The notes under the pieces were generated by a model. The model saw only the letters and a program-made list of their open reading frames with translations. It was not told where the DNA came from and did not search any database. This document shows, in pieces, positions 15,914 to 23,766 of a DNA stretch of 32,000 nt. The DNA lies in contig JACQUA010000037.1 of assembly GCA_016210565.1 (NCBI GenBank), positions 1 through 32,000 on the forward strand, read 5' to 3'. Each line of letters opens with the position of its first letter. The stretch's first letter is position 1. Position numbers and translations under genes: made by a program. Origin of the DNA: Chloroflexota bacterium (GTDB taxonomy: Bacteria > Chloroflexota > Dehalococcoidia > JACQUA01).

Positions 15914-16477
15914 ATGGTACTCATCATCGCCATCACCGGCGCCTCCGGCGCCATCTATGGAATCAGGTTGCTGGAAGTGCTCAAACAGGCCGGGGACGTG
16001 GAAACCCACCTGGTCATTTCCGAGGCCGCGGCGCGTACCATCGAGTACGAGACCACCTACACCGTGGCCGGGGTCATGAAACTGGCGCACCACTGCTATG
16101 ACAACAAAGATGTCGGCGCGGCGCTGGCCAGCGGGTCCTTCCGCCGCGACGGCATGGTGGTCATGCCGTGCTCGGTCAAAACCATGGGGGCCCTGGCCCA
16201 TTCTTATTCGGAGAACCTGATTATCCGCGCCGGAGACGTGACTTTGAAGGAGCGGAAAAGGCTGGTGCTGGTGGTCAGGGAAACGCCGCTGCATCTCGGC
16301 CACTTGAGAAACATGGTGCAGCTTACGGAAATGGGCGCCGTGATCCTGCCGCCGGTGACCAATTTCTACAGCAAGCCGAAAACCATCGATGACCTGATCA
16401 ACCATATCGTCGGCCGCACGCTCGACCTTTTTGGCATCGACCATTCCCTGGTGAAGCGGTGGAAGGGGGAGGGGTAG
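15914..16477 (+). CDS. ubiX: Flavin prenyltransferase UbiX (prFMN synthase)
   Basis: 187 aa. Has MVLIIAITGASGAIYGIRLLEVL, MVVMPCSVKTMGALAHSYSENLIIRAGDVTLKERKRLVLVVRETPLH and GAVILPPVTNFY, all typical UbiX/Pad1 signatures. Confidence 0.95.
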   Translation: MVLIIAITGASGAIYGIRLLEVLKQAGDVETHLVISEAAARTIEYETTYTVAGVMKLAHHCYDNKDVGAALASGSFRRDGMVVMPCSVKTMGALAHSYSENLIIRAGDVTLKERKRLVLVVRETPLHLGHLRNMVQLTEMGAVILPPVTNFYSKPKTIDDLINHIVGRTLDLFGIDHSLVKRWKGEG

Positions 16478-16590
16478 TGATGTGGGGTTTGAAGGTTCAT
16501 AAGGTTATAAGGTTGGAAGGCTCGAAAGTTTGGCGGTTGAAAAGAGTAGAGGGTGATAGCTGACAACTGACCTCTGATAGCTACCCCAGA
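16478..16590 (+). repeat. Low-complexity short-repeat tract directly after the ubiX stop (AAGGTT-type units, then TGATAGC-type units)
   Basis: Sequence: TGATGTGGGGTTTGAAGGTTCATAAGGTTATAAGGTTGGAAGGCTCGAAAGTTTGGCGGTTGAAAAGAGTAGAGGGTGATAGCTGACAACTGACCTCTGATAGCTAC. It shares AAGGTT units with 4694-4742 and 5419-5457. Confidence 0.8.
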
Positions 16591-16624
16591 GGCTACCCCG
16601 GAGAACTCAAATAAGGAGGAGCGA

Positions 16625-17365
16625 ATGGCTACCGACTACGAGAACCTGCTCGACCTGGTGAGACGGAGGCGGAGCACCAGGCGCTACAAGCCGGACCCGG
16701 TGGCGGACGGGGACATCGAAAAGATAATCGAAGTGGCGCGGTGGGCTATGTCCGGGGCCAACGCCCAGCCCTGGGAATTCGTGGTGGTGAAAGACGGGAA
16801 TACCAGGGCAGAGATATTCGAACTGTACAAGCTACACCGGACGCAGACAGACGTGTTCAACAAGCTGCTGCCCCCGGAACTGAAGCATCCGGTCACGGGT
16901 ACGCTCAAGGCCGGCCAGCCTTCTTTCAGAGACGCCCCGGTGTTTATAGTGGTCTGCGGCGACAGCCGGACTCTGCTGGCCACCAGCCTGTCTGCGGAGA
17001 TAATGGGCTACGAACGCACAACGTATCATTTCAATCTGGCTAATGCCACGATGCTGGTCCACCTGGCGGCTGCTTCCTTGGGTCTGGGGACGCAGTGGAT
17101 CAGCACCAGCCCGATCTGGGAAGGGAAGCTGAAGACCCTTCTTGGCATACCCGACTGGTTTACGGTCCCGCATCTGGCGCCCCTGGGCTACCGCGATTAC
17201 ACGCCGCCACCGCCGTACCGGCGCGAGGTGTCCGAAATACTCCACCGGGAAGAATACGAACAGTCAAAATTCCGGACGGATGAGCAGGTCCTGGAGTACA
17301 TCGCGCTGGTAAGAAATCGGGCCAGGGCGGCGTACTACATTCCGCCCGAAAAAGGGAAGAAGTGA
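16625..17365 (+). CDS. Nitroreductase-family FMN flavoprotein
   Basis: 246 aa with a strong SD (AAGGAGGAG). Has RRSTRRYKPDPV...IIEVARWAMSGANAQPWEFVVVKD, typical of the nitroreductase fold. Confidence 0.85.
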   Translation: MATDYENLLDLVRRRRSTRRYKPDPVADGDIEKIIEVARWAMSGANAQPWEFVVVKDGNTRAEIFELYKLHRTQTDVFNKLLPPELKHPVTGTLKAGQPSFRDAPVFIVVCGDSRTLLATSLSAEIMGYERTTYHFNLANATMLVHLAAASLGLGTQWISTSPIWEGKLKTLLGIPDWFTVPHLAPLGYRDYTPPPPYRREVSEILHREEYEQSKFRTDEQVLEYIALVRNRARAAYYIPPEKGKK

Positions 17366-17396
17366 CAGAGAAATGAGATAGAGATAGAGAAGCCGC

Positions 17397-17842
17397 GTAG
17401 GGTGGGTTAAGCACAGTGGGGCCTGGGGAAGATGGGTGGCTGGGCGAACCCACCGTTCGACGCCAATTCCAATAACCAACCCCTGACTGAATCGGGGGCC
17501 AAAAGACTCCAACAACGAAATTCCAAATGAGAAAACCGACGGAGCCCTTTTGGGGGCTAGACCATTGGGATTTTCATATTGCTCCGAAAATGTCACCCTG
17601 AGCGCAGTCGAAGGGTCTTTCGTCCGGCGCCCCACCTCGAAAGATTCTTCGACTATCCCGATTCTATCGGGACTGCGCTCGCTTCGCACAGAATGACATT
17701 TTCATCGTTCATTGTCCCGACTCGTCGGGATGGCCGATTGTTGTTTGGAATTTGGCTTTTGGGATTTGGAATTTCGCGTCGTTGGTGGGTTCGCGCAACC
17801 ACCCCGGTCAGCACCGCCCCATTTGCGCTTAACCCACCCTAC
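17397..17842. repeat. 446-bp nested palindromic composite (MITE-like) with no coding capacity
   Basis: Family A copy (+) at 17397-17454 and inverted family A copy at 17784-17842. Just inside these are inverted AATTCCAA-type low-complexity blocks (about 17457-17528 and 17738-17781). At the centre is a 108-bp family B hairpin element (17591-17698, TGTCACCCTGAGCGCAGTCGAAGGG...CGCTCGCTTCGCACAGAATGACA) plus a GTCCCGA hairpin (17714-17731). Confidence 0.8.
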
Positions 17843-17885
17843 CCGTATTGTGTCCTTTATTGTTAGCGGTCGAAAGAGTGACGGC

Positions 17886-18518
17886 ATGGCAACGGGTAAT
17901 ATTTTGACGAGACTGGAGGACGTGGCATCCCCGGCGCATACGGCGCTGGTGGTCATCGACGTCCAGAATGACTTCTGCCACCCGGAGGGCGCCATCGGGC
18001 GCAGCGGCAACGACCTGGGCCTTGTCCAGCAGATACTGCCGGGACTGTCCGCGTTCCTGTTGGGCGCGCGCCGGCTGGGGGTGAAGCCCGTCTTTATCCG
18101 GAACGTTTACAGCGCCCGCTATGTTCCGGTGTCCATGAGGGAGGCCCTGGAACGCAGGGGGTCTAAACCGAACTGCCTGCCCGGTAGCTGGGGCGCCGGT
18201 TTTGTGGAAAGTTGCGGCCCGGAAAAGGATGAGCTGGTCTTCGAAAAGCACTGTTACGATGCCACTACCAACAGGCGTTTTACCAGCTTCCTGAAGTCAG
18301 GAAACTATAGGACCGTGGTGTACTGCGGGGTGATGACCAACGTTTGCGTGGAGACCACCGCCAGGTCGACGGCCATGGCTGGATACTATCTGGTCGTGGT
18401 GGAAGACTGCGTCGCGAGTTACGACCGCGAAAGCCACCGGGTTACGCTCCGGAACCTGGACAAATACTTCGGGAGGGTGGTAAAGTCGGCCGACCTGCTG
18501 GCTGGCTGGGCCAGATGA
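17886..18518 (+). CDS. Isochorismatase-like (cysteine hydrolase) family protein
   Basis: From ATG 17886 (210 aa). Has ALVVIDVQNDFCHPEG and the catalytic Cys context GVMTNVCVETTARSTA. ORF-track residues 1-58 are translated repeats. Confidence 0.85.
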   Translation: MATGNILTRLEDVASPAHTALVVIDVQNDFCHPEGAIGRSGNDLGLVQQILPGLSAFLLGARRLGVKPVFIRNVYSARYVPVSMREALERRGSKPNCLPGSWGAGFVESCGPEKDELVFEKHCYDATTNRRFTSFLKSGNYRTVVYCGVMTNVCVETTARSTAMAGYYLVVVEDCVASYDRESHRVTLRNLDKYFGRVVKSADLLAGWAR

Positions 18519-18547
18519 TGGCGGCAAACGATGAAGCTACGCGAAAG

Positions 18548-18556
18548 TGCTATAAT
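18548..18556 (+). promoter_or_regulatory. Candidate extended -10 promoter element TGcTATAAT upstream of UbiD paralog 2
   Basis: Exact TGnTATAAT match with no convincing -35. It lies about 150 nt upstream of the proposed start at 18707. Pattern match only. Confidence 0.3.
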
Positions 18557-18580
18557 ACAGTCTCCTTAGCCCAGGATTCC

Positions 18581-18647
18581 GTAGGGGCAGACCCGTCCCG
18601 ACTTGTCGGGACCCGCGTGGCGGGCGAACACCGGGGTTCGCCCCTAC
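18581..18647. repeat. 67-bp REP-like element with terminal inverted repeats GTAGGGGC...GCCCCTAC and an internal GTCCCGACTTGTCGGGAC hairpin
   Basis: Read directly. It explains the non-homologous N-terminal extension of ORF 18344..20224. Confidence 0.8.
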
Positions 18648-18706
18648 GGAGCGATTCGCAACGTGCGGTCTCTGGTCCGGGACCGAAACCAGAAGGGATA
18701 ACAGAT

Positions 18707-20224
18707 TTGTTGAAACCTCAGCTTAAGAACCTGCGGAGCACCGTACCCTATTTGAAGAGACTCGGTGACTTGATGGTGGTGAGAGGGGCGGTGGACCCCA
18801 TCTATGAAATCGCAGGCATCCAGAAAGCCCTGGACGGTGGGCCGGCCCTTCTTTTCGAAAACATCAAGGGCTATCCCGGGGTGCGCGATATCGGTAATGT
18901 GTTCAGCCAGAAGTCCCGGGCGCCTTTGCTGTTTGCGGTGGACGGCCCCCGGGAATTCAAGTTGCTCTGCCGGCAGGCGATCGCTAGGCCGCTGCGGCCC
19001 CGGGTGGTGAAGCAGGCCCCGAGCCAGGAAGTGGTCGTCACCGAGAAGCTGGATGTCCCGGCCACGTTACCCATCCTCAAGCATACCGACAGGGACGGCG
19101 GGCGCATCCTGGGGAGCGGGGTTATCCTGGTGGGCGGGGAGTTCTTCAAAGGGGGAAGGGAACTATCCTTCAAACGCATGAACTTCCGTGGCAAGGACTG
19201 GGGCAGCATCAAGGCCCTCCGGGGCACGCACTTCGGCGACCTGGCCCTGAAGGAGCACCGCGGCGCAACGATTCCCCTGACGGTGAATATCGCCCCTCCT
19301 CCGGCGGTGCTGGTTGTGGCCGGAGGCGGCTCACTCCATGCCATCGTGCCCGCCGGCGCCGATGAGCTGGCCATCGCCGGCGGACTTCAGGACTCGCCGG
19401 TCGCCCTGGTCAAAGCCCGGACCGTGGATGCCTACGCCATCGCCGAAGCCGAGTGGGTGATCGAAGGATATGTGGATACAAGGGAGAGAGTCTGGGAGAC
19501 CGACGAGGCGGAGAAAACGGGGAAGTTCGGCGCCGCGCCCTTCTTCCCGGAATGGGCCGGCTACATGGGCTGGGCGGTGCGCACGCTCAAGTTCCACGCC
19601 ACGGCCATTACCCATCGCCGGGACGGGCCTATCTTTTTCAGTCCGTTGGCCCGCTCTTTCGAAGGGGATAACCTCGTGGCCATGCTCCGGGAGGCCTGTT
19701 TTTGGGAGCTGGCGGAGCGGGAGTATCCGGGATTCGTCCAGGATGTGAACATCCTCCACGGAGTCACCGCTTCCAGCGGCGTCGTTTTCCAGGTGAGGAA
19801 GGGTGGCGCTGAAGAAGGGTTCCAGCGCAATCTTATCGGCAGCGCCTTTGCCGCCTCGCCGACCATGCGAATGGTGGTGGTGGTGGACGAGGATATCGAC
19901 ATATACAGCGCCGAAGATGTGCTGTGGGCGATCACCACCCGGTGTCAACCGGGTAGCGGGGTCATCAGAGGCCCGGGCGGGCGGAGGATTGTGATGTTCC
20001 CTTCGGACACCCTGGGCGCCACCGGAGAGGATGGGGACTTCCTGGTGGAAGCCGGTATCGGCTTTGATGCTACGGTACCCCTGCCGGCAAAGGTCCACTT
20101 CGAGAGACCCCATTTCCCCGTGGACAAAGTCGATCTTAAACGCTGGTTCACCGAGAGGGACCTCGTCAAAGCCAGGTTGAAACAGAGTGAATACGGTAAG
20201 GTACTGGGCCTCAACGGGTGGTAA
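18707..20224 (+). CDS. UbiD-family protein, divergent subgroup, paralog 2
   Basis: Homology to paralog 1 begins at LRSTVPYLKRLGDLMVVRGAVDPIYEIAGIQKALDGGPALLFENIKGYP. The start is placed at TTG 18707 (or 18710) with GAAGGG about 10 nt upstream, giving about 505 aa against 508 and 511 aa for paralogs 1 and 3. Motifs KRMNFR, GTH, GADELAI and APFFPEWAGY. Confidence 0.88.
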   Translation: MLKPQLKNLRSTVPYLKRLGDLMVVRGAVDPIYEIAGIQKALDGGPALLFENIKGYPGVRDIGNVFSQKSRAPLLFAVDGPREFKLLCRQAIARPLRPRVVKQAPSQEVVVTEKLDVPATLPILKHTDRDGGRILGSGVILVGGEFFKGGRELSFKRMNFRGKDWGSIKALRGTHFGDLALKEHRGATIPLTVNIAPPPAVLVVAGGGSLHAIVPAGADELAIAGGLQDSPVALVKARTVDAYAIAEAEWVIEGYVDTRERVWETDEAEKTGKFGAAPFFPEWAGYMGWAVRTLKFHATAITHRRDGPIFFSPLARSFEGDNLVAMLREACFWELAEREYPGFVQDVNILHGVTASSGVVFQVRKGGAEEGFQRNLIGSAFAASPTMRMVVVVDEDIDIYSAEDVLWAITTRCQPGSGVIRGPGGRRIVMFPSDTLGATGEDGDFLVEAGIGFDATVPLPAKVHFERPHFPVDKVDLKRWFTERDLVKARLKQSEYGKVLGLNGW

Positions 20225-20249
20225 AAGAAGATCAAAGGCCGAAATGGAA

Positions 20250-20338
20250 TGTCACTGCGAGCGAAGCGAAGGAATCCCCCAGTTGGCTCTACATCCGGGG
20301 GATTGCTTCGTCCCGAATAAATCGGGACTCGCAATGAC
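20250..20338. repeat. 89-bp hairpin element, family C (TGTCACTGCGAGCGAAGCGAAGGAATC...GACTCGCAATGAC)
   Basis: Terminal inverted repeats with internal hairpins CCCCCAG..GGGGG and GTCCCGAATAAATCGGGAC. The core is related to the 41-bp units at 31330-31487. Confidence 0.75.
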
Positions 20339-20364
20339 GGTCAATAACTCAAGGAACTCATCCT

Positions 20365-22008
20365 ATGGCTAAGCCAGTGCGCTTTACCCCTGAAATGATA
20401 AAGCACTACCAGAGCCTGGGAATCTGGACCTCTGACAGGCTTTCCGAATACTGGGACAAGAACGCCGCGGAACGTCCGGACAGGGAAGCCGTGGCAGACT
20501 CGCGGGGCAGGCTGACCTGGGCGCAGGCAAAGCAGTGGATCGACCGCATGGCCCTGGGACTGCTGGGACTCGGCTTTACCAGGGATGACATGCTGGCGGT
20601 GCAACTCCCTAACTGTGTCGAGCTCATGCTGCTCCGGATAGCCACGGAAAAGGTCTGTGTGCTGTGCCTGCCCGTCCTGAGGACCTTCCGCCAACAGGAA
20701 ATGGAATATATTCTGAAACGGACCGGGGCGGTGGGGCTGGTCGTCCCGTGGCGCTATCGCGGCTTCGATTATTTCCAGATGGTACAGGAAATAAGACCGG
20801 CTCTGCCGAACCTGAAACACGTGATCTCAGCCTGGGACGACATCCCTCCGGGTACGATTCCGCTAAAGGGCATCGTCGAGAAGCCTTCGGAGCGGGACTA
20901 CCCCGGCGACTATCTGAAGAAGACCACCTGCCCCCCCGTGGAGTACTCTCTGGTATTGACCACCAGCGGAACGACGGGATTCCCCAAGTTCGTGGAACAC
21001 CCGGTGTGCAGCCGCATCTATATCGGGAAGGTCTACGCCAAGGGCTGGAAGATCACCGAGAGCGACGTGATCGGCGTACTGGGTCCGGCCGCCACAGGCC
21101 CCAACCACGCCGCTTACTGGTCGGCCCCCTTGGTGGGCGCCCGGTGCGTCATGCTGGAGCATTTCGAAGCGGAGGCCGCCCTGCGACTGATTGAAAAGGA
21201 AAGAATAACGTTTACCGGTTTTGTCCCGGCGCAGCTCGCCCTTCTGCTGCGGCACCCCAATTTCGACCGCTACGACCTTAGCTCGCTGAGGTGCGTTGTG
21301 TGCACCGGCGCTCCTTTGAGCTACAAGCTGGGCGTTGAGGCTGAGGCGAAGCTGAAATGTCCCATCGTCCAGTCGTACGGCTCGGTAGACGCCGGCGGCT
21401 CGATGATGCACTACCCCGAAGACTCCCAGGAAGTCCGCCTTCTCACGGCAGGTCGCCCCATGCCGGGTGTGGAAATGAAAATAGTTGATGACTCCGGCCG
21501 GGAGGCGCCCAGGGGGGCGGTGGGCGAGGTCTGGGTCCGCGGTCCAACGTTCGTTTCCGGCTACTACAAAGACCCGGAAGCTACCTCCCATGGCTGGACG
21601 CCCGATGGCTGGTTCCAGATGGGCGATCTCGGGAAGTGGAATGACGGCAACATCATGATTGTCGGACGCAAGAAAGACATGATCATCCGGGGCGGCCAGA
21701 ATGTCTATCCCGTGGAGATTGAGAACTTGCTGGTACTGCATCCCAAAGTGGCCGGCGTCGCCGTCGTGGGTATGCCCGACCCGGTCATGGGAGAACGGGC
21801 CTGTGCCTTCGTCGTGCCCAGGCCGGGCGCGGAGTTCACTTTTGAGGAGATGGTCTCATTCCTGAAGGAAAAGAACATCGCCATGTTCAAAATTCCGGAG
21901 CGCCTCGAACTGCTGGAGCGTTTCCCGATGGTGGCCGCCGACCAGAAGGTAGACAAGAAGGTCTTGCAGCAAATCATCCGCGACAAGCTGGCCGGCGAGG
22001 GGAAGTAG
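20365..22008 (+). CDS. AMP-forming acyl/aryl-CoA ligase (ANL superfamily), copy 2, paralog of 14222..15871
   Basis: 547 aa, colinear with copy 1 and identical at roughly half of positions by eye. Motifs TTSGTTGFPKFV, YGSVDAG, FQMGDLG, GRKKDMIIRGGQNVYPVEIE and DQKVDKKVL. Confidence 0.9.
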   Translation: MAKPVRFTPEMIKHYQSLGIWTSDRLSEYWDKNAAERPDREAVADSRGRLTWAQAKQWIDRMALGLLGLGFTRDDMLAVQLPNCVELMLLRIATEKVCVLCLPVLRTFRQQEMEYILKRTGAVGLVVPWRYRGFDYFQMVQEIRPALPNLKHVISAWDDIPPGTIPLKGIVEKPSERDYPGDYLKKTTCPPVEYSLVLTTSGTTGFPKFVEHPVCSRIYIGKVYAKGWKITESDVIGVLGPAATGPNHAAYWSAPLVGARCVMLEHFEAEAALRLIEKERITFTGFVPAQLALLLRHPNFDRYDLSSLRCVVCTGAPLSYKLGVEAEAKLKCPIVQSYGSVDAGGSMMHYPEDSQEVRLLTAGRPMPGVEMKIVDDSGREAPRGAVGEVWVRGPTFVSGYYKDPEATSHGWTPDGWFQMGDLGKWNDGNIMIVGRKKDMIIRGGQNVYPVEIENLLVLHPKVAGVAVVGMPDPVMGERACAFVVPRPGAEFTFEEMVSFLKEKNIAMFKIPERLELLERFPMVAADQKVDKKVLQQIIRDKLAGEGK

Positions 22009-22060
22009 CCAGTAGTGAGTAGCGAGTAGTGAGTAGGCAGTAGCCAGTAGCCAGTAGCAC
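22004..22060 (+). repeat. About eight 7-bp tandem units (AGTAGNN: AGTAGCC/AGTAGTG/AGTAGCG/AGTAGGC) overlapping the ligase 2 stop codon
   Basis: Read directly. TAG occurs in every unit, and the gene's stop TAG (22006-22008) is the first of them. Confidence 0.9.
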
Positions 22061-22230
22061 AGACGTCCCGCCTGTGACAGCGATCAGTAGTAGGTCGGGC
22101 TGGCTGCGCGAACCCACCGAACCCGGTACGACGGGCTTCCAGCCCGTCGGCTTCGGTCTCGTCCCTGCGGGCGGGACGCAGGGAATCGCTACGGGCAGGA
22201 CGCCCGTAATACTTTTAGTTAGGAGAAGAA

Positions 22231-23766
22231 ATGCCCTCTCGAAACAAGAACGAAGCTATCAGGAGCTTGAGGAGCACAGTCGACTTGCTGGAGCAGAGTG
22301 GGGAGTTGCTGAGAATAAAGGGTGAGGTGGACCCTATCTATGAAATATCGGGTATTCAAATGGCCCTGGAGTCCGGCCCGGCCATACTTTTCGAAAACAT
22401 CAAGGGCTATCCCCACGCCAGGGACATCGGCAATGTTTTCGCCCGGCGGGACAGGATCGCGAAGATGTTCGGGACCGACGACCACCGCCAGTTGAAGTTC
22501 AAGTGCATCGATGCCATGACCAACCCCATAAAGCCCAGGGTTGTGGAGCGCGCCGCCTGCCAGGAAGTGGTCATCAAAGAAAACATCGATGTCCTCAACT
22601 ATTTGCCCGTGCTGAAGCATACCGTCAAGGACGGGGGACGCATCATCGGCGGCGGCAACATGTTCATCAGCGGCAAGTACTTCAAGGGCGGCACCCACGT
22701 GTCCTTCAACCGGACCCATTTCCAGGGGAAGGACTGGGCCAGCATGCAGGCCTTTGTCGGCACCCACCTCGGGGACAGCTTCTTTGTCCACCGGGGCGAA
22801 CAGGTGCCGATGACCATCAACATCGGCAATCCGCCGGCGGTGACTTTCGTCGCCGGCGGCACGGTGATGCACACCCTGCTCCCCCGGGGGACCGACAAGC
22901 TGGGCATCGCCGGGGCGTTGCAGGGCTACCCGGTAGACATTGTGCCGTGCAAGACGGTGGATGCTTTCGCCATTGCCGAGGCGGAATGGGTGATCGAAGG
23001 CTACATGGACACGACTGAGCGGGTCTGGGAAAGCCCCGAAGCCAACAAGGTGGAAGCCTACGGCGCAGCGCCCTTCTTCCCGGAGTGGCCGGGTTACATG
23101 GGACGGGCCATGAAGACATTCAAGTTTCAGGCTACGGCCATTACCCACCGGAAAGACCGCCCCATCTTCTTCAGCCCGCTGGCCCATTCCTATGAGGGGG
23201 ATATTCTGTGCGCCATGCTCCGGGAGGCCTGTTTGTACGAGCTGGTTGACCGGCTGATACCGGGTCTGGTGAAAGATGTCTACATCCTGGACGGCGTCGG
23301 GCCGCGCGCCCACGTCATCTTCCAGGTGGAGAAAAGAAGGCCTGGCGACGAGGGCTACTCGAAAAACATCATCACCGCCGCTTTTGGCGCCACCCAGGGC
23401 CTCTACCTGGTCGTGGTGGTCGACGAGGACGTCGATATCTACAGCGCGGATGACGTGATGTGGGCCATCATCACCAGGTTGAACCCCGAGACGGGCATTC
23501 TGCGTGGCACCGTGGGTGGGCGGGGCTCGCCGATGATGCCCCTGGAGAGAGTCGGCTTGAGCGGCAAGGTGGTGGGTGAGTTCCATTATCCGGGCGGCCT
23601 CGGTCTGGACTGCACCGTTCCTTTTGGCGAAAAGTGGGCCTTCGACCGGGGGAGATACCCGGTGGACCGCGTCGATTTGAAGAGATGGCTAACGGACGAG
23701 CAGATTGCGGCCGTCAAGGCCGTCCAGCCTGACTTTGCGAAACTGATGGCAAAGAGGGGTGGTTAG
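22231..23766 (+). CDS. UbiD-family protein, divergent subgroup, paralog 3 (key catalytic/metal positions substituted)
   Basis: 511 aa with SD AGGAG. Colinear with paralogs 1 and 2 (LRSTVDLLEQSGELLRIKGEVDPIYEISGIQMALESGPAILFENIKGYP). Motifs NRTHFQ, GTH, GTDKLGI and APFFPEWPGY. Confidence 0.88.
   Translation: MPSRNKNEAIRSLRSTVDLLEQSGELLRIKGEVDPIYEISGIQMALESGPAILFENIKGYPHARDIGNVFARRDRIAKMFGTDDHRQLKFKCIDAMTNPIKPRVVERAACQEVVIKENIDVLNYLPVLKHTVKDGGRIIGGGNMFISGKYFKGGTHVSFNRTHFQGKDWASMQAFVGTHLGDSFFVHRGEQVPMTINIGNPPAVTFVAGGTVMHTLLPRGTDKLGIAGALQGYPVDIVPCKTVDAFAIAEAEWVIEGYMDTTERVWESPEANKVEAYGAAPFFPEWPGYMGRAMKTFKFQATAITHRKDRPIFFSPLAHSYEGDILCAMLREACLYELVDRLIPGLVKDVYILDGVGPRAHVIFQVEKRRPGDEGYSKNIITAAFGATQGLYLVVVVDEDVDIYSADDVMWAIITRLNPETGILRGTVGGRGSPMMPLERVGLSGKVVGEFHYPGGLGLDCTVPFGEKWAFDRGRYPVDRVDLKRWLTDEQIAAVKAVQPDFAKLMAKRGG

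Noticed and set aside
14222-18518. EntE-like ligase plus EntB-like isochorismatase read as a catecholate siderophore (enterobactin/bacillibactin-type) cluster
   Set aside because: No aryl-carrier domain on the isochorismatase-like protein (only about 210 aa). No EntA/EntC homologs and no NRPS or transporter genes. The context is dominated by UbiD/UbiX.
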